64,000 nt of DNA, taken from Bryobacteraceae bacterium (GTDB taxonomy: Bacteria > Acidobacteriota > Terriglobia > Bryobacterales > Bryobacteraceae). This document shows positions 30,391-39,924 of the stretch, one piece after another. The DNA lies in the NCBI GenBank assembly GCA_965277315.1, contig OZ255724.1, positions 819,731 through 883,730 on the forward strand, written 5' to 3'. Position numbers and translations under genes: made by a program. Below the pieces are notes generated by a model. It made no database searches, had not been told where the DNA came from, and worked only from the letters and a program-made list of their open reading frames with translations. Numbering within the stretch: the stretch's first letter is position 1; each line of letters begins with the position of its first letter.

Positions 30391-30438
30391 ATGCTGGAAC
30401 GTTAATATTCGGTTGTCAAAGAACAGTTAATCAGACAG

Positions 30439-31116
30439 CTAAGCGGCTTCGAGATAGTTTTGCTCGAGCTCGGGTATCTCGACCGGTGAATACTGCAGGT
30501 CATTTTGCGAAACGAACCCGGTTTGCGATGCGGCCAATGGCGATGTTTCGGGCGCTTCGGCTGCGTTTTGCGAAACGGACTGCACCGGCATTTCTGCTTT
30601 TTGCGAAATGAAGCCACGGTCCTTTTGTAGTTGCCGCAGGGTAGTGAGAGCTTTGTGAAAGCCACGCTCGGCGGAGGCCATGGTGCGTTGAATGATGGGG
30701 AGAATGGCATAGCCGGTTTCGAAGTTATCGGCAACCATGGCGCGGGCCTCGTACTTGCGCATGCGACGGAGACGCCAGTAGTGTTCGGCGAGTTCGTTGA
30801 CCAGGATCTCTTCGGTGGTACTGACGGGCTGGTGCTCGCGGCGGAGATCGTCGCGGAGTGCATCGAGTTCAGCGGGATCTTCGCCGGGGAGGACGAGTTG
30901 CTTGGAGTGGAGTCCGTGCTTAAAGGAATTTTTGCTGGAATTGATCTTGCCTTCGGGTGTGCGTGGTCCGGTCGAGTGCTGCGCGTTTTGCTTGTTCGCT
31001 TCGGCGCGATTGGACATGGCAGCGGTTTCGGAGGCGGCTACCGGTTCGTTCTGCGCTTTCAGCGCTTTCTTGCGGGCTTTCTGTTCTTCACGGCGGCGTT
31101 GTTGGCGAGGGGTCAT
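30439..31116 (-). CDS. Hypothetical protein (basic N-terminus, helical core, SQ-repeat tail)
   Basis: 225 aa. It contains 'MTPRQQRRREEQKARKKALKAQ', then 'NAQHSTGPRTPEGKINSSKNSFKHGLHS', then a tail with repeated 'F(V/I)SQ(N/K)'. I know of no functional assignment. Confidence 0.55.
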   Translation of the reverse strand: MTPRQQRRREEQKARKKALKAQNEPVAASETAAMSNRAEANKQNAQHSTGPRTPEGKINSSKNSFKHGLHSKQLVLPGEDPAELDALRDDLRREHQPVSTTEEILVNELAEHYWRLRRMRKYEARAMVADNFETGYAILPIIQRTMASAERGFHKALTTLRQLQKDRGFISQKAEMPVQSVSQNAAEAPETSPLAASQTGFVSQNDLQYSPVEIPELEQNYLEAA

Positions 31117-31467
31117 GATCGTTGATCCTTTTTAAACGGTTCGACAGTAGCATGCAGGAGGCGGAAACCAAACCCTCATGCTTGTCCAGGAGGGGTAAGT
31201 CGTTGAGAAATTTACGAAAACAAAAATTTTGAAAAGTTGTCATGCATTTCCGGGCTGCCTACCTTCTACCGATCAGAAAACCAGCTTGCTTGCGAACCCA
31301 TTCGAGCTCGTCTGGCTCGTTTAGATCGCGATGCGAACACCTGTGTCGCCAAGATAAGGTGCCGCAATCCTTCATGAGAGTAAGTTTCGTTGTTCTTCCA
31401 ACCAACTAATTATGTTGACGGCTCTAAAGTTGCCGGGCATTTCTGCCGATAACTCCCACGAGGATTT

Positions 31468-32505
31468 ATGGATCGTAACACGATAAATCAGCGGACAGAG
31501 ATAAAATCCGAACATCGGTGGGCCCCACTCAATGAAGCGCCCGCAGCAACCGCAATTCCCAGCATCAGCGTTGTGGTCCCGTGCTTCAACGAAGTTGACG
31601 GGTTGCGGGAATGTCATGAACGGCTTACCCGCGTGTTGTCCGATATTGCAGGTTGGTACGAGATATTGTACGTGGACGACGGTTCTCGGGACGGCACGCT
31701 TGGAGAGTTAGAGGCGATACATGCAGCCGATCAGAATGTGACAGTGATTGAGCTGTCGAGAAACTTCGGTCATCAGATTGCCGTTAGTGCCGGGCTCGAG
31801 AACGCCACAGCGCAAGTTGTGGTGATCATTGACGCCGACCTACAAGACCCGCCGGAACTGATAAAGCAGATGGTAGAGATCTGGCAGCGAGGATACGATG
31901 TGGTGTACGGGGTGCGCCAGTCGCGAGACGGCGAGACTAAGTTTAAGCGGTGGAGTGCCAAACTTTTTTACCGTCTGATGAATTCCCTATCGGACGTGGA
32001 GATCCCCCTGGACACCGGAGATTTTCGATTGCTGGATCGCAAGGCGGTCGATGCGATGCGAAGTCTCCCAGAACGGCATCGTCTTCTTCGGGGAATGTGC
32101 AGTTGGGTAGGGTTCCGGCAATACGGACTATGCTATGCTCGCGCGCCCCGCTTTGCCGGGGAGACAAAATATCCGCTTCACAAGATGCTTAAGCTGGCTC
32201 TGGATGGCATCGGATCATTCTCGACCGTGCCTCTTCGGCTAGTCACCATGATGGGGTTCATTTCTGCTGGATTATCTGCAATCGGCATCTTTTATGCTCT
32301 TGTTGTTCGCCTAATCACAAGTAACTGGGTCGCGGGATGGACTATTTCGTTTGTTGGACTACTGTTTCTCGGTGGCCTACAAATGATCAGTATAGGAATC
32401 GTGGGAGAGTACGTCGGGCGAATTTATACGGAGGCCAAAGCACGTCCCCTCTATTTCGCCCGCTCTGTCCTGCAACGCCGAGGACGAACCGCTCGCGCCG
32501 CTTAA
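31468..32505 (+). CDS. Family-2 glycosyltransferase (polyprenyl-phosphate sugar transferase, GtrB/ArnC/DPM1-like) with two C-terminal TM helices
   Basis: 'ISVVVPCFNE', 'YVDDGSRDGT' and 'IDADLQDPPE' (DxD region), with C-terminal hydrophobic segments. Confidence 0.85.
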   Translation: MDRNTINQRTEIKSEHRWAPLNEAPAATAIPSISVVVPCFNEVDGLRECHERLTRVLSDIAGWYEILYVDDGSRDGTLGELEAIHAADQNVTVIELSRNFGHQIAVSAGLENATAQVVVIIDADLQDPPELIKQMVEIWQRGYDVVYGVRQSRDGETKFKRWSAKLFYRLMNSLSDVEIPLDTGDFRLLDRKAVDAMRSLPERHRLLRGMCSWVGFRQYGLCYARAPRFAGETKYPLHKMLKLALDGIGSFSTVPLRLVTMMGFISAGLSAIGIFYALVVRLITSNWVAGWTISFVGLLFLGGLQMISIGIVGEYVGRIYTEAKARPLYFARSVLQRRGRTARAA

Positions 32506-32875
32506 TTTCCGCTTCATTGGACGCCAGAGCTACAGGCTTAAATCAGACACCGGACGATATCTGACCGGGTTTTCCTCCTGGCTGGATTGCTGCCAGGCTT
32601 TGTCTATCTGCATAGATGTGCTGAGGGTGCAGTATGGTTAGCGGAAGCTAATCGTCGCGGACGCCTGGTGGTCACCTGCTTGACTCCAGTAACTCTACAC
32701 CCCAGGTCGATAAGCTTGCCTCAAGATCAAGAGAATTCTTTGTTTGCGACGAAAAAACAGGAGGTCACTCATACTGGCTACTATCACTTCCATTTAATAC
32801 CTCAGTTAATTCTGAGGAATCCTGCGGATATCACTTAGCCATTACCGAAAGTACCAACTAATCCCTTCCGCCGGG

Positions 32876-35800
32876 ATGTTTCGCGGGCCGATAGTTGTGA
32901 AGAGCAAAGGTGATTTTTTGCCAGGCAACTACGTGTCACTTACTAAAACTATTTTTAGCTTATTAATGCTTTACGCCATCGCGATTCTTACACCGCAACT
33001 GGGGCAAGGACAAATTAATATTCTCACCAACCGGTACGATAACGCCCGGAGCGGAGCCAACGTACATGAGACTGCATTGAATCAATCGAACGTAAACGTA
33101 AATCAGTTCGGCCGACTCTATAGTTATCAGGTGGATGGAGCTATTTATGCGCAGCCACTCTATGTTGCTGGAGTATCCATCTCGGGTATTACGCACAATG
33201 TGGTTTATGTCGCAACTATGAACGACAAGGTATACGCGTTCGATGCGGACGCTGCCGGGCCGCCTTTATGGACGCGCGACTTTACAAGTGCAACGAGTGG
33301 CATAACAGCGGTTCCAATCTCTGACATCACCGGTTTCAACGACCTGAACATCATCGGGAATGTCGGAGTGGAGAGTACGCCTGTAATCGATCTCCCGAGT
33401 AAAACTATGTATTTGGTCGCGCGCACGAAAGAGCATGGGTCTTACGTGCAGCGATTACATGCGCTGGACATCACAACGGGACTTGAGACGAGTGGTAGTC
33501 CAGTAGCAATTGCGGCGACAGTAAATGGATCAGCTATTAACTCAGTCAATGGACAAGTGTCTTTTGATCCCAAAATGCAAAACCAGCGTGCCGGCTTGGC
33601 TCTTACGAACGGGGTTGTCCTGATTGCTTGGGCGTCTCACGAAGATGATACGCCGTTCCATGGCTGGATCATCGGATACGACGCGAGCACACTTGCCCAA
33701 GTCGGAGTCTTTTGTACCACCCCGGGCGGCAGCGATGGTGGAATTTGGCAAAGCGGACGAGCTCCGGTTATCGACTCCGCAGGTTACGCGTACTATCAAA
33801 CCGGTAATGGCGATTGGGACGGCACAGGCGAGTTCGGAGATAGCTTTCTGAAACTTGGAGTCGGCAGCCAAGGTTTCACTCTCGCGGACTGGTTTACTCC
33901 CGACGATCAGAGCTCCCTGAATGCTGGGGATGTGGACCTTGGATCCTCGGGACCCATGTTAATTCCGGGCACAAACATCATTGTTGGAGGAGGAAAAGAG
34001 AGTGTTTTTTATGTCTTAAATACGGCCAATCTGGGGCACGAGCAAAGCGGCAACACTCAGATCACGCAGAGCTTTGCGGTGAACGGCGGAGAAATTAAAG
34101 GAGGCCTCGCCTTTTGGAACGGTCCTGCGGGTGGGCTCGCTTATGTTTGGGCGCAAAACGACATCCTTAAGGCATTCCACTTTAATGGTGCGCAGTTCGA
34201 TACGGGGGCCTTCGCAGCCGGAAACGTCTATTCTCCCGGGTCTCCTGGTGGAACGTTGGCAATTTCCTCTAATGGCAGCCTTTCCGGTACAGGCGTGGTT
34301 TGGGCCGAGCTTTCGACCAGTCAAGACGGCGATCATGGAAACGTGGCGGGCATACTGCGGGCCTTTAATGCCGAGACGCTCCAGGAGTTGTGGAACAGTG
34401 AGCTCTCTCCGTCGCGTGATCGGCTTGGCACCCTCGTCAAGTATGTCGCTCCGCTTGTCGTGAATGGCAAGGTTTACGCGACAACTTACGATAATGCTCT
34501 GGCTGTCTATGGATTGCTTCCGGGCTTGAGTACATTGCCTGACTTCAACTTGGGAACAAGCAACGGAACTACAATCTCCGCTGGAGCAACCGCCAATTAT
34601 CCGGTGAGCGTGGCGGCACTGAACGGGTTTGCAGGAGCGGTATCGCTGACGGTCAGTGGGCTACCGGGCAGCGCCACGGCGGTGTTCACTCCGGCGTCGG
34701 TTTCGGGGACAGGAGCTTCGACGCTGCAGATCGTGACGAGCAGCGCTACTCCCGCCGGAACCTATCCCCTGACGGTCACAGGGACCAGCGGCACGCTCGT
34801 CCGTAACGCGACTATTTCCTTGAACATTGTTTCCGCCGCGAGCTCTCCGGCAACGGCCATCAGTATCGATTTTGTGGGCAACGACACGCCCATGGCGCTC
34901 ACCGAAACCGCCGGCGTGGCGGCCAAGGCAGGCTGGAATGCCGCGAGCGGGGCAGCCAGTCCTGCCCCGCTGGCTTTGGCCGATGAAAACGGCGCCAGTA
35001 CCGGAGCGATAGTTACCTGGCAGGCTGATAACGGGTGGAGTCTTCCAATTGACGATACGCCCGGCAACCTCCGCATGATGAAGGGCTATCTCGATACCAG
35101 CAAGGGAGATCCGACGCTCATCACCGTGGCCAATCTTCCGGTCAGCCCCACCGGCTATGACGTCTATGTCTATACGGCCGGAGACAATGCCAACGCTACC
35201 CGCACGGCGACGTACCAGATCAGTGGTCTCGGCATCACCACGGCCGCTCTCGGCGCCGTGGATTCCGCGAACACGGCCTTTTCCGGTGTGTTCACCCAAG
35301 CGAACAGCACGCCGGGCAACTACGTCAAATTCTCTATCGACGCCACCGGCTTTACCCTGACCGCCCTCCCCGGCACCAGCACCGATAACTATCATCGGGC
35401 TCCCGTCAACGGCATTCAGATTGTCCCCTCAGTGTCAGCGCCAGCTCCAACCCCTTCACCTGATTTCACTGTAAACAGCGGTTCGGCAACGCAAACAATC
35501 TCTGCTGGAGCAACCGCCAGTTACCCGGTGAGCGTGGCGGCACTGAACGGGTTTGCAGGCGCGGTATTCCTGACGGTCAGTGGGCTTCCGGGGGATGCCA
35601 CGGCGGTGTTCACTCCGGCGTCGGTTTCGGGGACAGGAGCTTCGACGCTGCAGATCGTGACGAGCAGCGCTACTCCCGCCGGAACCTATCCCCTGACGGT
35701 CACAGGGACCAGCGGCACGCTCGTCCGTAACGCGACTATTTCCTTGAACATTGTTTCCGCCGCGAGCTCTCCGGCAACGGCCATCAGTATCGATTTTGTG

Positions 35801-37306
35801 GGCAACGACACGCCCATGGCGCTCACCGAAACCGCCGGCGTGGCGGCCAAGGCAGGCTGGAATGCCGCCAGCGGCGCAGCCAGCCCTAGCCCGCTCGCTT
35901 TGGCCGATGAAAACGGCGCCAGTACCGGAGCGACGGTTACCTGGCAGGCTGATAACGGGTGGAATCTTCCGATTGCCGATACGCCCGGCAACCTCCGCAT
36001 GATGAAGGGCTATCTGGATACCAGCAAGGGAGATCCGACCGTCATCACCGTGGCCAATCTTCCGGCCAGCCCCACCGGCTATGACGTCTATGTCTATACG
36101 GCCGGAGACAATGCCAACGCTACGCGCACGGCGACCTACCAGATCAGCGGCCCCGGCATCACCACGGCCGCTCTCGGCACCGTGGATTCCGCGAACACGG
36201 CCTTTTCCGGTGTGTTCACCCAGGCGAACAGCACGCCGGGCAACTACGTCAAGTTCTCTATCGACGCCACCGGCTTTACGCTGACCGCCCTCCCGGGCAC
36301 CAGCACCGATAACTATCTTCGGGCTCCCGTCAACGGCATTCAGATTGTCCCCTCAGCCCCGGCGCCGGACCCTGCCCCAGCTCCAGCCCCCTTACCTGAC
36401 TTCACCGTAAGCAGCGGTTCGGCAACGCAAACGATCTCCGCTGGAGCAACCGCCAGTTACCCGGTGAGCGTGGCGGCACTGAACGGGTTTGCAGGAGCGG
36501 TATCGCTGACTGTGAGTGGGCTACCGGGCAGCGCCACGGCGGTGTTCACTCCGGCGTCGGTGTCCGGGACAGGAGCTTCGACGCTGCAGATCGCGACGAG
36601 CAGCGCTACTCCCGCCGGAACCTATCCCCTGACGGTCACAGGGACCAGCGGCACGCTCGTCCGTAACGCGACTATTTCCTTGAACATTGTTTCCGCCGCG
36701 AGCTCTCCGGCAACGGCCATCAGTATCGATTTTGTGGGCAACGACACGCCCATGGCGCTCACCGAAACCGCCGGCGTGGCGGCCAAGGCAGGCTGGAATG
36801 CCGCCAGCGGCGCAGCCAGCCCTAGCCCGCTCGCTTTGGCCGATGAAAACGGCGCCAGTACCGGAGCGACGGTTACCTGGCAGGCTGATAACGGGTGGAA
36901 TCTTCCGATTGCCGATACGCCCGGCAACCTCCGCATGATGAAGGGCTATCTGGATACCAGCAAGGGAGATCCGACCGTCATCACCGTGGCCAATCTTCCG
37001 GCCAGCCCCACCGGCTATGACGTCTATGTCTATACGGCCGGAGACAATGCCAACGCTACCCGCACGGCGACGTACCAGATCAGTGGTCTCGGCATCACCA
37101 CGGCCGCTCTCGGCGCCGTGGATTCCGCGAACACGGCCTTTTCCGGTGTGTTCACCCAAGCGAACAGCACGCCGGGCAACTACGTTAAATTCTCTATCGA
37201 CGCCACCGGCTTTACCCTGACCGCCCTCCCCGGCACCAGCACCGATAACTATCATCGGGCTCCCGTCAACGGCATTCAGATTGTCCCCTCAGCCCCGGTC
37301 AAATGA
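32876..37306 (+). CDS. Very large secreted protein: N-terminal PQQ-like/BamB-like beta-propeller plus 3 x (Ig-like module + ~210-aa beta-sandwich-like module)
   Basis: 1476 aa. The N-terminus contains 'NRYDNARSGANVHETALNQSNVN..FGRLYSYQVDGAIYAQPLYV...VVYVATMNDKVYAFDAD'. Three near-identical ~310-aa units follow. The real start may be GTG 32933, just ahead of the hydrophobic 'IFSLLMLYAIAIL'. Confidence 0.8.
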   Translation: MFRGPIVVKSKGDFLPGNYVSLTKTIFSLLMLYAIAILTPQLGQGQINILTNRYDNARSGANVHETALNQSNVNVNQFGRLYSYQVDGAIYAQPLYVAGVSISGITHNVVYVATMNDKVYAFDADAAGPPLWTRDFTSATSGITAVPISDITGFNDLNIIGNVGVESTPVIDLPSKTMYLVARTKEHGSYVQRLHALDITTGLETSGSPVAIAATVNGSAINSVNGQVSFDPKMQNQRAGLALTNGVVLIAWASHEDDTPFHGWIIGYDASTLAQVGVFCTTPGGSDGGIWQSGRAPVIDSAGYAYYQTGNGDWDGTGEFGDSFLKLGVGSQGFTLADWFTPDDQSSLNAGDVDLGSSGPMLIPGTNIIVGGGKESVFYVLNTANLGHEQSGNTQITQSFAVNGGEIKGGLAFWNGPAGGLAYVWAQNDILKAFHFNGAQFDTGAFAAGNVYSPGSPGGTLAISSNGSLSGTGVVWAELSTSQDGDHGNVAGILRAFNAETLQELWNSELSPSRDRLGTLVKYVAPLVVNGKVYATTYDNALAVYGLLPGLSTLPDFNLGTSNGTTISAGATANYPVSVAALNGFAGAVSLTVSGLPGSATAVFTPASVSGTGASTLQIVTSSATPAGTYPLTVTGTSGTLVRNATISLNIVSAASSPATAISIDFVGNDTPMALTETAGVAAKAGWNAASGAASPAPLALADENGASTGAIVTWQADNGWSLPIDDTPGNLRMMKGYLDTSKGDPTLITVANLPVSPTGYDVYVYTAGDNANATRTATYQISGLGITTAALGAVDSANTAFSGVFTQANSTPGNYVKFSIDATGFTLTALPGTSTDNYHRAPVNGIQIVPSVSAPAPTPSPDFTVNSGSATQTISAGATASYPVSVAALNGFAGAVFLTVSGLPGDATAVFTPASVSGTGASTLQIVTSSATPAGTYPLTVTGTSGTLVRNATISLNIVSAASSPATAISIDFVGNDTPMALTETAGVAAKAGWNAASGAASPSPLALADENGASTGATVTWQADNGWNLPIADTPGNLRMMKGYLDTSKGDPTVITVANLPASPTGYDVYVYTAGDNANATRTATYQISGPGITTAALGTVDSANTAFSGVFTQANSTPGNYVKFSIDATGFTLTALPGTSTDNYLRAPVNGIQIVPSAPAPDPAPAPAPLPDFTVSSGSATQTISAGATASYPVSVAALNGFAGAVSLTVSGLPGSATAVFTPASVSGTGASTLQIATSSATPAGTYPLTVTGTSGTLVRNATISLNIVSAASSPATAISIDFVGNDTPMALTETAGVAAKAGWNAASGAASPSPLALADENGASTGATVTWQADNGWNLPIADTPGNLRMMKGYLDTSKGDPTVITVANLPASPTGYDVYVYTAGDNANATRTATYQISGLGITTAALGAVDSANTAFSGVFTQANSTPGNYVKFSIDATGFTLTALPGTSTDNYHRAPVNGIQIVPSAPVK
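34538..37303. repeat. Three tandem in-frame repeats of 921, 936 and 909 bp (R1 34538-35458, R2 35459-36394, R3 36395-37303)
   Basis: Each unit starts 'PDF(N/T)...ISAGATA(N/S)YPVSVAALNGFAGAV' and ends 'RAPVNGIQIVPS'. Antisense ORFs recur at offsets of 924 and 936 nt with identical or near-identical translations. Confidence 0.95.
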
Positions 37307-37906
37307 ACTCCAGCCGGGGCTGGGTTTACGGTGTCGACGGGGTCAACGGGAAGCATACTAAAAGAATAGGTGCTTTACTCGGCTACCGGTCTTGGCGCTG
37401 CAAATCAAGTCGAGGCGTTGAATGATAAAGGCCAGGTATTCGGTTCCGCGGGTAAGCAACTCCTTCTTTTGTGACGGCAGCCGTTACTCTCTTCCGGCGC
37501 CGCCGAGCGGAACTTTTTCGGTCGGCTTGCAAGCGGTCAATCAACTAACGTGTAGTCTCCAGGCCATATGCCGCTTTGGCTGAGAAGGCGATGACTAGCG
37601 CCGCCGGTCCTGCGGCAAATGATGAGTGAGGGATACCATACTGACTACGGCCACCAGCAAACGCGCCGCTTCATTGAGCGAGTCAGTCTCCTCTTCCAAA
37701 GGTGAAAAAAGCTCTCTTGTAAAAGCTGGAAAGCTGCAGCAGGTCGCCTCGTGGAGTAATCGGCATGAGGAGGCGTGGGCGATCCTGCTTGTGTGAGAAC
37801 AAGTACTCCGGCAGAGCCCTCCTCGTGAAACTCTTCCTTCCTTTTTTCGGTTCTTGAGCATTGTTTTTTGCAAGTGACTCTTTGCGACCGACCGCGCTTG
37901 CGCCTC

Positions 37907-37936
37907 TTGACAAGTTCAATCCGCACTGTGTAGTGT
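37907..37936 (+). promoter_or_regulatory. Candidate sigma70-type promoter for the GntR-ABC operon
   Basis: TTGACA (37907-37912), an 18-nt spacer, then TAGTGT (37931-37936). It lies about 20 nt upstream of the TTG start at 37958. A direct GTGTA-GTGTA repeat overlaps the -10 element. This is sequence pattern only. Confidence 0.3.
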
Positions 37937-37957
37937 ATTAGTTGAGTAAACAATTTA

Positions 37958-38356
37958 TTGCTGCGTTTGAATCAGTCTTCCGGGATTCCCCTTTATGTTC
38001 AGCTCATGGACCAGCTAAAGCACGCCATTGAGACCGGTGAGTTGCGGGCTGGCGAGCAGTTGCCGACGATTCGAAAAGTTGCCGAGGATCTGGTTATGAA
38101 TCCGAACACGGTGGCCCGAGCCTATAGGGAATTGGAGCATGAGGGAGTCATCGAGCTGAAGCACGGTTCGGGGGCCTTTGTCGCGGAGTCCATGGTTGCG
38201 CGGACGAAGGTCATGCGGAAGGCCCAAGCCGTTGTGCAATCGACAATTGAGCGCCTGGCATCGCTTCATCTCAGCGAGGACGAGATCAGGAGGCTGGTCG
38301 AGAACGAACTGGCGTTGCTCCGGGCTTCCAAAATTTCTGAGAGGGTCAATGAGTGA
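37958..38356 (+). CDS. GntR-family transcriptional regulator (short YtrA-like subfamily)
   Basis: 132 aa with 'IPLYVQLMDQLKHAIETGELRAGEQLPTIRKVAEDLVMNPNTVARAYRELEHEGVIE'. It overlaps the next gene's ATG by 8 nt. Confidence 0.85.
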   Translation: MLRLNQSSGIPLYVQLMDQLKHAIETGELRAGEQLPTIRKVAEDLVMNPNTVARAYRELEHEGVIELKHGSGAFVAESMVARTKVMRKAQAVVQSTIERLASLHLSEDEIRRLVENELALLRASKISERVNE

Positions 38357-39243
38357 TTTCGTGATTGAAACCGTGGGGCTTCGTAAGTCTTTCAAGGGCC
38401 AAGCGGCATTGAACGGGCTCGATCTTAACGTTCCCGCAGGAAGTATTTTCGGTTTTCTTGGCCGCAACGGGGCGGGAAAGACCACCACCATCAAGCTGCT
38501 GATGGGCATGTTGAAGGCCGACGGTGGAACGGCCCAGATGTTCGGGCTGCCTGTTTCCGATCCCCGCGCCGCGATAAAGGCTCGCCAGCGCGTTGGCTTT
38601 GTCACCGAGGACAAAGAGCTGTATCCATACATGAGCGTGGATCAGGTCATTCGTTTCACTCGGCCATTCTTTCCCAAGTGGCGCATCGATCTCGAACAGC
38701 GCTATCTAAAGATGTTCGAGTTGCCTCCGGGCCGAAAGGTTCCCGATCTGTCGAAAGGAATGCGGTCGAAGCTGATGCTGTTGCTTGCCATCGCACGCGG
38801 TGCAGAGCTTTTGATTTTAGACGAACCGACGGACGGACTCGATCCTGCCGCGCTCGAAGAAGTCCTCCGCGAGCTTGTCGCACTCTCGGCATCCGAGGGC
38901 ATCACGATTTTCTTTTCATCGCACCAATTAGCCGAAAGTGGAGCAGATTGCGGATCATGTCGCGATCGTCGATCACGGAAGAGTAGTCGTCGGAGACTTG
39001 CTCGACGATTTGAAGGCGCGATATCGACGGCTTCACATCGTATTCGAGAATGAACTGCGCACGCCGGTCGATTGGGCAGATGGTGTAGAACACGTTTGGC
39101 AAGAGGGGCGATCCGTTTCGTTATTGGCGAGCCGGAATGTGGAGGAACTGATGGAACAGGCCCGGTCTATACCTGGCGCTTCGGTCGAGCAGTTCCCTGT
39201 GGGTCTAAAAGAGATCTTTCTCGATCACGTGAGGGTTCACTGA
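38349..39243 (+). pseudogene. ABC transporter ATP-binding protein carrying a +1 frameshift near 38935-38937
   Basis: Walker A 'GRNGAGKTT', signature-like 'LSKGMRSK' and Walker B 'LLILDEPTDGLD' lie in the frame starting at 38349. After 'SSHQLAE' the homologous sequence ('VEQIADHVAIVDHGRVV...') continues in the ORF at 38938-39243. The local sequence is GCC GAA A GTG GAG. Confidence 0.75.
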
Positions 39244-39920
39244 TGTTGTGGATGAAGGGTTGGCTCGAAACAAGATGGCGGTTCGTCTATGCATTGGGCT
39301 TGCCCCTGGCAGTGCTCGCTTTTCTCCGGGCGGCTGGCCCCGGTGGGCCGGCAATGATGGTCACGGTGTCGCTGTTCCTGATATTTACGCCAGTTTATCT
39401 GGCCGGCACGGGCATCAGAACACAATCCGGTTTTCAGGCAATGCAAGGTCTTCACGGATCGATGTACTATACACTTTCGCTACCGGTCAGCCGTTTTCGG
39501 CTTCTCGCGGTAAGAGCTGGATGTGGGCTTTTGGAAACTGCTGCAATTGATGCGATTGTGATGGGCTCCGCTTGGAGCCTGTTTCCATTGGTACGAGCTA
39601 ATTCCACCTCCTTAGACTTGTTGCAGTTGATTCTGTCCGCGATTGCCTGCACTGCCTGTTTTTTCTTTGTCTCCGTGCTGCTAGCAAGCTTTTTAAACGA
39701 ATCGTGGCAGATTTTTGGAAGCTTGTTCGTGGTCGGCGTTCTTCGGCAAGCTACAGCTCGGCTTGCGTTGCCCTCATCGTTCAACGTATTTCGCTTCGGC
39801 GGCGATGCCTCCCCGCTGATCACGCATACGTTGCCGTGGCCCGCGATGGCCGTTTCGTTTGTGGTTTCGGTGATTCTCTTTTTGGCAGCGTTGAAGGTAG
39901 TGCAGAGCCGGGAGTATTGA
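39243..39920 (+). CDS. ABC-2-type membrane permease component
   Basis: About 225 aa with about 6 hydrophobic segments. ATG 39243 overlaps the ATPase stop (TGATG). I chose this start over the ORF-track start 39072, which lies inside the ATPase. Confidence 0.65.
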   Translation: MLWMKGWLETRWRFVYALGLPLAVLAFLRAAGPGGPAMMVTVSLFLIFTPVYLAGTGIRTQSGFQAMQGLHGSMYYTLSLPVSRFRLLAVRAGCGLLETAAIDAIVMGSAWSLFPLVRANSTSLDLLQLILSAIACTACFFFVSVLLASFLNESWQIFGSLFVVGVLRQATARLALPSSFNVFRFGGDASPLITHTLPWPAMAVSFVVSVILFLAALKVVQSREY

Positions 39921-39924
39921 TTGC

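Noticed and set aside
34661-37255. 244-aa and 104-aa ORFs on the minus strand, and 67-83-aa plus-strand ORFs, inside the giant repeat protein.
   Set aside because: They recur only because the underlying DNA repeats. Their sequences are Arg/Gly/Ala-rich nonsense, and they lie wholly within a well-supported 1,476-aa frame.
34538-37303. Possible diversity-generating retroelement (template/variable repeat pair) in the giant protein.
   Set aside because: No reverse transcriptase gene is present in the window. The differences between repeats include C/G and other substitutions arranged in blocks, not adenine-specific changes.
37307-37957. 650-nt gap downstream of the giant gene, examined for ncRNA or a hidden gene. 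It holds minus-strand ORFs at 37595-37953 and a 34-codon plus-strand ORF at 37370-37474 reading '...GAANQVEALNDKGQVFGSAG...'.
   Set aside because: I found no RNase P, SRP, tmRNA or riboswitch signature. The minus-strand ORFs overlap one another in three frames and have no motifs. The short plus-strand ORF resembles a single HAF-type extracellular repeat, but it is too short to call more than a possible relic.
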